Positions 10,201 to 19,400 of a stretch of 64,000 bases of DNA are shown here, piece by piece; within the stretch, counting starts at the first letter, position 1, and each line of letters starts with the position of its first letter. Below the pieces are notes generated by a model. That model made no database searches and was not told the DNA's origin. It worked only from the letters and a program-made list of their open reading frames with translations. Source of the stretch: a virus (taxonomy: Duplodnaviria > Heunggongvirae > Uroviricota > Caudoviricetes); IMG/VR virus record IMGVR_UViG_3300006139_000008; one strand, 5' to 3'. The translations under genes and the position numbers were made by a program.

Positions 10201-13200
10201 TCCAGCAGGATATCAACAGCTATGATGTAAAGGTTGCTATAGGTGCTGACACAACAGATGCAGAAAAGAAAATAAAGAAAGACATAAAGGCTGTAAAATC
10301 TAATTACGGCAAGGAACTTTCTGACATCCATATTAACCTTGATAACATCAACTCTGCAAGGGAAGAATTACAGACCCTCACAAAAGATGACATTGATGTC
10401 ATGGTCAATGCCATTGTGAACCATAAAGAAGTCGATAAATACAAAAAAGAAAAAGAAGAAAAGACCCTAAAGGTAACTACGGAAGTGGATGACAAGGCTG
10501 TCAATGAATTTATGGGGAAGACTCTGGAAAAGACCATAAAAGCAAAAGTCGAGGTTGATTCCAGCGAACTTGATAAAGCGTCTTCTAAACCATCAAAAAA
10601 GGACAGTAAAAATAAAGAAAAGGAAGAGAAAAGCGATAATAAAAAATCACATGCACACGGTACTTTTAATTTATTAAAAGGAAACCTTGCAAAACAGGGA
10701 TTTGCAAATGCTTCCGGTAATATCAGCATACCGAAAGACCAGACAGCATTAGTCAATGAAATGGGCGAAGAGTTGATCGTCCGTGACGGAAGATGGTTCA
10801 CGGTCAAAGGCGGCGCACAATTTACAGAACTGAAAAAAGGCGACATTGTCTTCAACCATTTGCAGACAAGACAGCTTTTAAGGAACGGGAAAATCACATC
10901 TTCTGATAACCGTGGAAGGATGGCTTATCATGATGGGACTGGAACGACTGGCTCAGGAATACCGGGATGGACTTACTCTTCCACCGATAACAAATCAAAG
11001 AAAAAATCATCCAAATCTAAAAAATCATCCGATAAAGATAAGAAGAAAGATTCCAAGCAGCTTATCGACTGGATTGAACGTAAGCTGGATGTATTGCAGG
11101 GCAAGATTGATTTCACTAAGGCAAAATTCGAGAACCTGTTTTCCGTAAGGAAGAAGAAAAATAACTTAAACACCCAGATAAAGCAGACAACAAAACTGCT
11201 GAACAATGAGCAGAAAGCCATTGCAAAATACCAGAAGAAAGCAGACAGTATTAAACTTTCAGACTCTTTAAAGAAAAAGGTCAGGAATGGCGCAATCAAG
11301 GGCAGCTTATCAGAGTTAATCAGGGAGTACGGTGAGAAGACCGCAAACCAGATCAGCAAATACCAAGATTATATTGACAAGGTAAAGGATGCGAAAAAAG
11401 CCGTTGCCGAACTAAAGACAGAAATCAAAGACCTTTCCAGACAGAAATTAGACCTGAAGCTTGACGACAATGACAGGAAACGCACTTATCAGGAAGCGCG
11501 GTATGCCAATGCCACAACTGCAAAACAGAAACATAAAATTCTAAATAAGGAAATCAACACTTATAAATCCGATGACAAAGCCTATGCAGAATATTATAAG
11601 GAATCCAAGAAGCAGAGGAAAAAGGATGGGAAGAAGGCAGAAACCGCCGTCAGCAATACAAAGGGGCTGGGGAAATCAGCTAAAAATAAGATTAAAAAGC
11701 TGATTAAGCAGGGCAAGGAAATCCCATCCGCACTTATGAAAAAAGTAAAGAAACATAGTATACCTGCATATAATAAACTTCTTGATTACAACAGGAGCGT
11801 TGACTTTGTATCGGATGCCTTACGTGACAAGAAGCTTGCAAATGAGCAGAACGAAACAAATATACGTGAGAAGCGCATCGAGAGGGCACAGAGCTATGCC
11901 GATGAAGCGGAGGCAGAGTATAACCTGAACCAGCAGTATGAAGCCAATGCGGCATCTGCAAAGGACAAAAATAAGTACGAAGCCAAAAGCCTGAAATACC
12001 TTGACAAGCAGTATGCCAAACTGATAAAGGTTGCAGAGTTAGAGGGGGATGCAACGGAGCAGAAACGCTTACAGGCAGAGCTTGAAGCAAAAAGAAAAGA
12101 ATCTTACCAAACACAATATGACAACATAAAAACGGAATACGATAACAAAACAGGCTTAAATGATTCCCTCATCTCCAAAGCGCAGGCACAGATCGCCACA
12201 CTTGAGGCGGCAGGCGTTACCGTATCCAAGGAAATGTACCGGACGATGATGCAGATATCCGACGGGACAAAAAAGAGGCTGCTGGAGGAACGTGAGGAAC
12301 TGCTTGAAGCAGGGAAAGATTTTAAGTACGGCTCCGCAGAATGGTGTGCATGGCAGGATGACCTGCTGACAATCGACCAGCAACTGGAATCCTGTACGCA
12401 GAACACCATCGAATGGCAGAAGAAGATGAACGAATTAGACTTTAAGAAATTCTCCCTCTTTGCGCAGCAGCTTGACGCAACGGGGAACCACCTTGGCTTC
12501 CTTGTAGACATGCTCTCCCATCAAGATCTGACAAGCAAGGAATCCGGGGGGCTGACGGATGCAGGGTTTGCCACAATATCGCTCCGCTTCTCCAGCATAG
12601 AAAACTATAGGCAGTCCATTAAGAATGCGCAGGAAGAGCTGGCAAAGCTTTATGAAAAGCATGCGGACGGCTCCGACTTCCTTTCAGAAGAGGAATTCCT
12701 TGCAAAGCGTGAGGAGCAGCTTGACATCATCAGGCAGGGCACGGAAGCCATCGAGGATGAAAAAGAAGCCATCCTAGACCTCGTAAATGACGCAATGGAG
12801 TTGCAGATTGATTCCATCAATGAACTGATCGAGAAGAAAAAGAAGGCACTCGCGACAGAAAAAGATTTATATAGTTATCAGCAGAGAGTTGCCAAGCAGA
12901 CAAAGAACATTGCCCTCATTGAGAAACAGATCGCGGCACTGTCTGGCGACAGGAGCGAGGAGGCAAGGGCAAGGACACAGAAATTGCAGGCAAGCCTTGA
13001 GGAGGCACAGCAGGATTTAAAGGACACCGAATACGACAAATGGCATGAAGACCAGAATGAGATGCTAGACAGCCTTGCAGACGAGGTGGAGGAATTCTGG
13101 GAAAAGCTCATGAACGACCTCAAGAAGAACATAGACGGCTCCCTTGACAATATCCTGAAGATGGTGACGGATAACCCGGATGCCGTCGCAAGGGCACTGG

Positions 13201-14231
13201 ATGAACTGGGGCTTGGGGATGCGCTCTCCATCATTACGACATATAACCCGGACGGCACCCATGGGGACAAAGCCATCGACTACGGCGGGAATTCCTATGA
13301 ATCCACCTACAATAAGGACGGGGACAATATAAACAGCCCAATGAAAGGGGAAGCGGATGCCGCCGCTGAAAACCTGTCCAATGCGGCAAAGAACCTAGAA
13401 GAGACAGAACGCCTTGCTAATGCGGCAGAGCATTTAAAGGATAAGCTCACCGGGCATCTTGGACAGGATGGCAAAAAGCCTGATAAGGAACCAGAAAAAC
13501 AGCCTTCCAGCGAAACCTCCAATGAAACCTCCAGTGTAAAAAATAATGCCACCGCAGGGAAGGATGCCATTGCCGCCTTCCTAAAAAGCAGCGCGCTCCA
13601 CAAGCCGACAACGGAGGCAGGGAAAAAGCGCATGAAGACCGACCCCCTGTTAAAATACATTGCAAAGAATTACAACGGCAAGACGCTCTCCAACGTAAAC
13701 GAGGCGAAGCTTGGCAGTTACCTCGGCATCACAGTGAAGGATAAAAACAATGTCTCCAACAGTGAAGCGCAGAAGATACTGAAGGCGTTCAAAGGCGCAG
13801 GGTTCGCAGAAGGGGGGATTGCGGCAACGCTTAACAGGGCGGCAAAGGAAAACGGCGATGATGGCATTATCACCATCCAGAAGGGCGAGGCTGTACTGAA
13901 CAAGGAGCAGACGGAAAACATACGGGAAATCGCAGAACGGAAGCTGACACCTGTAAAACTCTTGACGGATGAGCAGGAAGCGATACTGATGGCACATTTA
14001 GGCGTCCCGTTTGACTATTCACACATGATGCCGAAATACGAGAATGCACCGATAAATACCACAAATACATCTGTCAATACAGGTGACATAAACATACACA
14101 TGGATGGAACTGGCGTTATAGACCCAAAATCGTTCTGTGATACATTCCGGAGGTCAAATGAAATGCAAAAGGCTATACAGGCTGCAACGATTGACCAGAT
14201 TATAAAGCCTTACAGCAACAGTCTGTTTTAG
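7104..14231 (+). CDS. phage tail tape-measure protein (2375 codons; true start undetermined, possibly 5-prime truncated)
   Basis: Giant coiled-coil-rich ORF immediately upstream of Dit and Tal. TMP-type motif VNEMGEELIVRDGRWFTVKGGAQFTELKKGDIVFNHLQT. Called start overlaps the divergent gene ending at 7200, and there is no in-frame ATG/GTG/TTG between 7200 and 7620. Confidence 0.75.
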   Translation: MDLVYQVHVLDYNYYILIQFYLFSLLPYTLPPFKILLIPFYHLSEADARKSWYYSAIQYDTKTDSTITWIGQIKNALKGISPEADKTFKILSKLDEIDFKKFQDNNFKDFIKENELADKSLIRFLEDTNIDSKTLGRYQQYLKDTGKATSTFASITKKAGSVIKGFGAALGSMGVMWAISEAIGFVVTNIHDMATASEQAKENADSFAASANQLNENIASNSSTLSDLNSKYQLLSKGVNDLGENISLSSSEYDEYKNIISQVSEIMPELTTYFNAQGEKIGFVKGKLSDLNDEYEKTIQRTSKDLFYKGNEEGKTVQDTIDNIENNKKYGKFESFWKTIKASFGHLFFGKSDENAIPSEKALNGLKDLQNKSRQQIHKYLTWDYNDFEQGAIQQTLIDMLDISDIDDILEMNNEDFQELQDKISAKIEQFSADIESDVTEGRTSLIQALHMKDDFWDDSKLNDKQRDSIMTLVSSFNSELWDALNLKNPDDIAIFAQKLIDNVSNNHDFSKAWKQLFGKGLDKLPVNEYVAKVRSLISTIGDAIGLPTQEQKDKLLTGLGFDNLDELVNDYNGAIQSAVDKWKLDDSQKEDLEKFFEENSINTEEEIDAWKGVAAEAENAAEAKRKYLTMNAIDKTAQQLEALKETYESVSDNVSTLTTALSESVSGTGLSAESVTGVTSIFSDLKGYDEDKLLDKTANGLRLNTRELEKLKKEYDDNTAKEFYNNVEDAYNAWQDALRSGEEQSVVDSLYDQYQQAAQLADQYVGLTSAYNKWQEALSTANEGDMYDSIYNNIKSVKELYKKGLVGTDDFRTYVDLISPKDLAGATTEEVVRAYQQSIGKIERYFTDGHKGAENFLKDVQKINSEWAHMNKDGSWEIDFGAGGSSDKDVAKKLGIDVEALQAILRKLVDYGFDIDFGDSFGSLEMMGVAAEKAYSKLKELGKIGKKMKFKFDTGDIAEVNKQIAKAEKVLDKFRDKDGNVDLNIDGASEAQSILIKLLTEKQELEKPAILKVNTSELSGKSAGVISMLQKIQQDINSYDVKVAIGADTTDAEKKIKKDIKAVKSNYGKELSDIHINLDNINSAREELQTLTKDDIDVMVNAIVNHKEVDKYKKEKEEKTLKVTTEVDDKAVNEFMGKTLEKTIKAKVEVDSSELDKASSKPSKKDSKNKEKEEKSDNKKSHAHGTFNLLKGNLAKQGFANASGNISIPKDQTALVNEMGEELIVRDGRWFTVKGGAQFTELKKGDIVFNHLQTRQLLRNGKITSSDNRGRMAYHDGTGTTGSGIPGWTYSSTDNKSKKKSSKSKKSSDKDKKKDSKQLIDWIERKLDVLQGKIDFTKAKFENLFSVRKKKNNLNTQIKQTTKLLNNEQKAIAKYQKKADSIKLSDSLKKKVRNGAIKGSLSELIREYGEKTANQISKYQDYIDKVKDAKKAVAELKTEIKDLSRQKLDLKLDDNDRKRTYQEARYANATTAKQKHKILNKEINTYKSDDKAYAEYYKESKKQRKKDGKKAETAVSNTKGLGKSAKNKIKKLIKQGKEIPSALMKKVKKHSIPAYNKLLDYNRSVDFVSDALRDKKLANEQNETNIREKRIERAQSYADEAEAEYNLNQQYEANAASAKDKNKYEAKSLKYLDKQYAKLIKVAELEGDATEQKRLQAELEAKRKESYQTQYDNIKTEYDNKTGLNDSLISKAQAQIATLEAAGVTVSKEMYRTMMQISDGTKKRLLEEREELLEAGKDFKYGSAEWCAWQDDLLTIDQQLESCTQNTIEWQKKMNELDFKKFSLFAQQLDATGNHLGFLVDMLSHQDLTSKESGGLTDAGFATISLRFSSIENYRQSIKNAQEELAKLYEKHADGSDFLSEEEFLAKREEQLDIIRQGTEAIEDEKEAILDLVNDAMELQIDSINELIEKKKKALATEKDLYSYQQRVAKQTKNIALIEKQIAALSGDRSEEARARTQKLQASLEEAQQDLKDTEYDKWHEDQNEMLDSLADEVEEFWEKLMNDLKKNIDGSLDNILKMVTDNPDAVARALDELGLGDALSIITTYNPDGTHGDKAIDYGGNSYESTYNKDGDNINSPMKGEADAAAENLSNAAKNLEETERLANAAEHLKDKLTGHLGQDGKKPDKEPEKQPSSETSNETSSVKNNATAGKDAIAAFLKSSALHKPTTEAGKKRMKTDPLLKYIAKNYNGKTLSNVNEAKLGSYLGITVKDKNNVSNSEAQKILKAFKGAGFAEGGIAATLNRAAKENGDDGIITIQKGEAVLNKEQTENIREIAERKLTPVKLLTDEQEAILMAHLGVPFDYSHMMPKYENAPINTTNTSVNTGDINIHMDGTGVIDPKSFCDTFRRSNEMQKAIQAATIDQIIKPYSNSLF
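8640..14040 (+). other. GC-rich mosaic segment inside the tape-measure gene
   Basis: Local GC about 45-53% with C/G-ending codons (GAC, CAG, TAC, AGC) against about 22-30% and A/T-ending codons in the flanks. Reading frame is continuous across both junctions. Confidence 0.6.
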
Positions 14232-14408
14232 GATGATGTGATTTTGTTATTGGAGGGTAGTTTGATGCCACCCCTCTTTAATGCAAAGACAATGAGGAAA
14301 TACATGTCGAATTGTGTCGAATGAATTTTTGATTTTTATTGTAGAGATATAGAATCATGTCACATATTGACTTATAATAAGAAAAAATCAATAATTTGAG
14401 GTGAAGGC

Positions 14409-14564
14409 ATGAACTTTAATTTACAACATCAACCAGATAAAGATAAAAATAATAAAAATCAAGATGGTAAAACAGAGAGAAAACGCTCATATTATGATAT
14501 AGGGGAAAAGCGATCAGAAAGACGGCCTGTCCATATTCCCCCTAAAAAGAAAAAGCGTTGATTT
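14409..14564 (+). CDS. small highly basic hypothetical protein (51 aa), not in ORF track
   Basis: RBS GAGGTGAAGG then ATG. MNFNLQHQPDKDKNNKNQDGKTERKRSYYDIGEKRSERRPVHIPPKKKKR. Confidence 0.25.
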
Positions 14565-14652
14565 ATACGACAAAAAGAGGTGATTTAATATAGAAGATTT
14601 AATAAAGTATCTTCCTAGCATAATTATATGGATTGCTACTGGCTTTACATTT

Positions 14653-15216
14653 TTGAAAACATACCATTTTGTGGCTTTAAAACAAAATTATACTGATATA
14701 GACCATATATTAACGGCTTCTATAGTTGTTGGATATATCTATTGCAATATTGCATATATGATTCCAGTAACATTTTCATATCTAATTGATAACCTTTTAA
14801 TAATACTATCTTCTATTATAACTGCTTATGTACTTGCTAAAATTGTTATGAGTAAAAATATAACCCCAATTTTAGATAAACTTGGCATCTTGGATACTGG
14901 AAATGTATATATGTGGGATGATTTAATGGATAAGAATTATCCAATGAAAATGCGTATAGTTTATAATAATATGACATATGAGGGAATAACACATAATATA
15001 GAAAGTTATACAAATAGCCCACATATTGCTATGTGTTCCTATAAAATTTATAACAAAAAAGGCAAAAAAGTATATGATTATTCAACAGATAATACACGTG
15101 TTATAATTATACATACTGAGATGGCAGAAAAAATAGAAATTATTTATGATAAAAACAGTTTAGAATGTAAAGATATACAATCTTTATGTGATTATAATAA
15201 AAATATAGAGAAGTAA
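14653..15216 (+). CDS. membrane protein (two or three TM helices), moron between TMP and Dit
   Basis: TTG start. Hydrophobic segments ILTASIVVGYIYCNIAYMIPVTF and LLIILSSIITAYVLAKIVM. Own terminator downstream. Confidence 0.5.
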   Translation: MKTYHFVALKQNYTDIDHILTASIVVGYIYCNIAYMIPVTFSYLIDNLLIILSSIITAYVLAKIVMSKNITPILDKLGILDTGNVYMWDDLMDKNYPMKMRIVYNNMTYEGITHNIESYTNSPHIAMCSYKIYNKKGKKVYDYSTDNTRVIIIHTEMAEKIEIIYDKNSLECKDIQSLCDYNKNIEK

Positions 15217-15220
15217 ATAC

Positions 15221-15267
15221 AGGGCAGATAGGATAACCCACACGGTTACTCCCCTGCCCTTTTTTCT
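15221..15267 (+). terminator. rho-independent terminator
   Basis: AGGGCAG...CTGCCCT stem then TTTTTT (15261-15266). Confidence 0.6.
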
Positions 15268-15299
15268 ATGCAAAAAAAATAACCCATAGGAGTGGATAT

Positions 15300-15566
15300 A
15301 TGACAAAAAACAGGAAAATTGAACTTTTAATAAATGACAATATAAAATTAATGGAAGAAAACAAAAGGTTACATGAGTTAAGTAATGAAGAATTAGGCAG
15401 CAAAATGGTTTCTGGGATGGGGGAATATACTGATGTAATTGAAAAACTAAACGAACAGTATATTGAACTGGAGAGACTTAGGGCTACGGGAATCAAGAAT
15501 AGATGGAAATATAAAATGATGCTTCTGGGGCTGAAGGTAAGGAAAGTGTTTGCATTTGGTATATAA
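15300..15566 (+). CDS. hypothetical coiled-coil protein
   Basis: 88-aa ORF with RBS-like GGAGTGGATAT before ATG. Confidence 0.4.
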   Translation: MTKNRKIELLINDNIKLMEENKRLHELSNEELGSKMVSGMGEYTDVIEKLNEQYIELERLRATGIKNRWKYKMMLLGLKVRKVFAFGI

Positions 15567-15596
15567 ATATTAAAAACAGATTGGGGGCAGAATAAC

Positions 15597-16463
15597 TTGT
15601 ATGCGGATATTTTCGAATTTAATGGTATAAAATCATCTGACCTTGGATATTATATTGCAGGTTTTGATGGATTCTCTAATGATGGTGTTGGTGCAACTGG
15701 GAATGACGTTACGTTTTCTACCTCTAAGCCTGCCAATTCCTATTCATGGAATTTCCATGGAAGTAAGTATGAAAATCCCTTGACTGCAAGCTTCCAAATT
15801 GGGAAATTTAATTGCGGGGCTGATAAAGACAGAAATTATGAACTTTCCCAACAGGACTGTGCATTTTTGCTGCGGTGGCTGGTACGCACTGACGGATATA
15901 AAATTTTACGGTTTTTCCAAGGTGGATATGAAGGATATGAAAACACATTTTTCAAAGCGCAAAACAAATTACAATGGGTACGGTATGGTGGGAAGATTGT
16001 CGGGGCACAGGTTGACATTACCTGCGATGCACCTTTCGGGTATAGTGACGTACAGACATTTGAAGTGCCATGCAGTGATGGGAATTCCTTTACTATTTAT
16101 AACGACAGTGATAAAACAGGTGCATTGTATTTCGATGAAATTGATATTTTAATGGCATCAGATGCCAGCAATTTGGTGATAACCAACAGTTTGGACGCCC
16201 TCTACTCTCCTACTATCCAATATAAAACCCAGATAAATAACTGTAAAAATGGGGAACATATTACTATTGCAAACCATATGATAGGGACAAATAAAAATAC
16301 TGTACATACTAGGGAAAATATTAATAATGATTTTAATTTTAAATATCCAAGGCTGGTTAATTTATCTGGATTGGAAGAAACACGGAAAAATATATTTACA
16401 GTGACAGGTGGCAATTGCCGCCTTGTTTTTAATTATCGGACAATAAGGAGCGTGATACCATAA
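15597..16463 (+). CDS. distal tail protein (Dit, siphovirus tail family)
   Basis: N-terminus MYADIFEFNGIKSSDLGYYIAG matches the F-x-F-N-G-x-x-S-x-D-L-G start of Dit proteins. Positioned between TMP and Tal. Confidence 0.7.
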   Translation: MYADIFEFNGIKSSDLGYYIAGFDGFSNDGVGATGNDVTFSTSKPANSYSWNFHGSKYENPLTASFQIGKFNCGADKDRNYELSQQDCAFLLRWLVRTDGYKILRFFQGGYEGYENTFFKAQNKLQWVRYGGKIVGAQVDITCDAPFGYSDVQTFEVPCSDGNSFTIYNDSDKTGALYFDEIDILMASDASNLVITNSLDALYSPTIQYKTQINNCKNGEHITIANHMIGTNKNTVHTRENINNDFNFKYPRLVNLSGLEETRKNIFTVTGGNCRLVFNYRTIRSVIP

Positions 16464-19400
16464 TGAGTCAATTTATTGTAAATGTAGATGGCACTGTTGA
16501 GCAGGATAAGGTATTTGTCTGCGACAGGCTTCTGAACAAACATGGTGAATTATATCCTATTGATGAATTACGCACTGTTATGCGTCTGAACCAAAGCGAT
16601 GAAGTGAATTTTAAGGTATATAAATATAATAATGGTGAAATAAACCCTTTTTGGGAACAGATTGATGATATACATATTATCCTTGTGGAAGGCAAAGGGT
16701 ACTTTGAAATTGCAACACCGCTAACTGTTGAGGAGTGTGCCTATAAGCAGATTACAGGAATATCCCTTGGTGAAGCGGAGACATCACAGACATATATTAC
16801 GCTAGGCATTAATAGCGATGATGATTTTGCAATGCAAATAAGAGAAAATAAAAATAAGGACGTTATTCCCACCATCTTATATAACCCGAATGCGACAATG
16901 GATAAGCCAGAAGGCTCACTGCTCCATAGGGTTTTTCGATCCATGCCACATTATACAATCGGACACGTGGACGCTTCCGTTGCCTGCATACAGCGCACTT
17001 TCCCATGCGATAATCAGACAGTATATGACTTTTTACAGACTGTTGCAAAGGAACTTGAATGTATTTTCATATTTGACAATTTTAAACGGGAAGTCAACTG
17101 CTATGACCTCAAAGACCATTGTAACAGGCAGTCCTGTATTACTGCTACTGATTATAGGAATGTGAAAGATGGGGTATGCCAGCACTGCCAGTCATCTGAC
17201 TATATAACTTATGGCTACGGGAAAGATTCCGGCGTTTTTATTGACAACCAGAACCTTGCAGAATCCGTTACGTTAACCGGGGACAAAGATTCCGTAAAAA
17301 ACTGTTTTAAAATTGAAGGGTCTGATGATACTATTACCAATCTGCTCTGGGATCGCTTAATGAACGGAAATTATATATGGAAATTTTCACCAGAACAGAC
17401 ATCACAAATGTCAGCACCGCTTCAACGGGCGTTGGTTGAACATGACAGTTTGGTTAAGTCTTACCAGAACGAATATAATACCTTGTGGGACAGATATAAT
17501 AACTGCGTAGATAAAATATTATTTTACCAGTCAGAAATGATGCCAAGCCTGGCTTCGTCAGATACAACAGCGAGATCAGTACATGAAAGCTTATTTGGTG
17601 CAGGTGGGAAAATTTCATATGCATGTAAATCCTCTGAGTACCAAACCACTGAAAGTGTGCTTAAGTCTGTCATGACATTTGCAAAACAGATTATGCCAAA
17701 TGAATATGAAATTGAATTATCTTTGGCAGGTTCCTCTAATTCAAGCCTTTCCTTCTCTTCCCATATATGGATTAAAGATGCATATAAAGATGATAAAACA
17801 CAGGATGACGAATATACTGCATCAGTTTCCCTCCAAATTAAAGATGGGTGGCATGTTTACTGTAATACATCTGCTGATAACCCTGTTTTTACTACGGACT
17901 ATTTTCTGTATTTGAAACAACAGCTTGAAATATCACTCGCTAAAAGTGATGTATCGGAAGAAGTTGTCTCCTTTGACCCACAAGTTTCTCCTAACTATGA
18001 CAGTGAAAGTGACCCACAGCATTTACCCACTATCCATTATACGAAATATTGTTATAACCGCTTAAAATCTTTCCGTGATGCATATGAGTCATGCAGCCAG
18101 ATTATTGCAAAGCATAGTGAACAGATATCATCTGATAATAATGGTATTTTGAAATATATTAATGCTAATGGAAGCCAGGTAAGCATCTATGATGATTTAT
18201 TAAAAAAATATTATGACCGTATTGCCATACTTGATGCAAGAATGGCTTATCTGGAAGATAAGATAAACACTGTTGCCACTGAAAGGGATACCCATAAGGA
18301 AAAAATCGAAAAAATCAAATCTATATGCAATATGGAAGACTTTTTAAAGAAATATAATGGTGGTTCATATGGTGACAGCCTCTGGGTTGAATTATGTTCT
18401 TTTAAAAGGGAAGATACTTACCGAAATGATAATTATTTAGGCGAAGGGGTCAAGCACGATGAGATCGTTAAAAATGTAGAAGGGTTGATCAAACGCGCGA
18501 CAGAAGAACTAGAGAAGGCATGTGAAATCAGCTATTCCATTAACACAACGATTGGCAATCTCCTTACTATGAAGGAATTTGAGCCGCTGTGGGATGATTT
18601 TACATTAGGGAACTGGATACGTATACAGATAGACGATGATATTTATAAATTACGGCTAATCTCTATTGCATTTGACTATTCTGACCTTTCCCAAATTAAT
18701 GTGGAATTTTCTGATGTTACAAAATCAAACAATTCCCTAGTTGACTTGAAAAGCCTATTCCAACAGGCTTCATCCATTGCAACAAATTTTAACTCAGTTA
18801 CTAAGCAGGCAGAAAAAGGATATATTACAAATCAAGAGTTTAATATCATGAAGGAAGCCGGGTTAAATGTTGCAAACACAATGATTACAAATGCGGACAA
18901 TCAGGATTTTATAATCGACCGGTATGGGCTGACTGGACGGATATGGGATGATACAAAAAATACATATGGAGATGAACAGCTCCGTATTATCAATAATCTC
19001 CTATGCTTTACAAGTGATGGATGGAAACATACACGTCTGGCATTAGGAAAAGTATATTACTATGAGGATATTGATGAGACAGGCCAGGGGCAGTGGAAAT
19101 GGGATTACGGATTGAATGCGGAAGTATTGATTTCCAGATTAATCCTGTCCGAAATGCTGAAAATATATAATAAATCAGGGACATACAGCATTACAGACAA
19201 AGGATTTTTCATAGACTATAAAAACAACACAATTGAGATTAATGCCATGGAGCCTTCACTCACAATCTCAAAAAAAGAAAACGGCATCAAACATATATAT
19301 ATGCGCTACTCCCCTGCTGACGGTTTAATCATTGACGGCACCGGAAAATTCTCAGGTATGGTACTTGTAGGGCAAGAGACTGGTACGCATATTAAACTTG

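Noticed and set aside
8278-14070. Many 60-135-aa minus-strand ORFs inside the tape-measure gene (for example 10304-10897, 12104-12511, 12878-13276, 13307-13660, 13650-13997)
   Set aside because: They are antisense to a strongly coding, GC-rich sense frame and are Ser/Leu/Cys-rich low-complexity translations typical of antisense coiled-coil codons. They have no RBS and no independent support.
15799-16152. Alternative-frame ORFs inside Dit (15799-16152 plus, 15836-16018 minus)
   Set aside because: Fully nested within the Dit reading frame, which has strong N-terminal family support.
16468-17165. Short ORFs overlapping the 5-prime end of the Tal gene on both strands
   Set aside because: Nested in a long, well-supported ORF.
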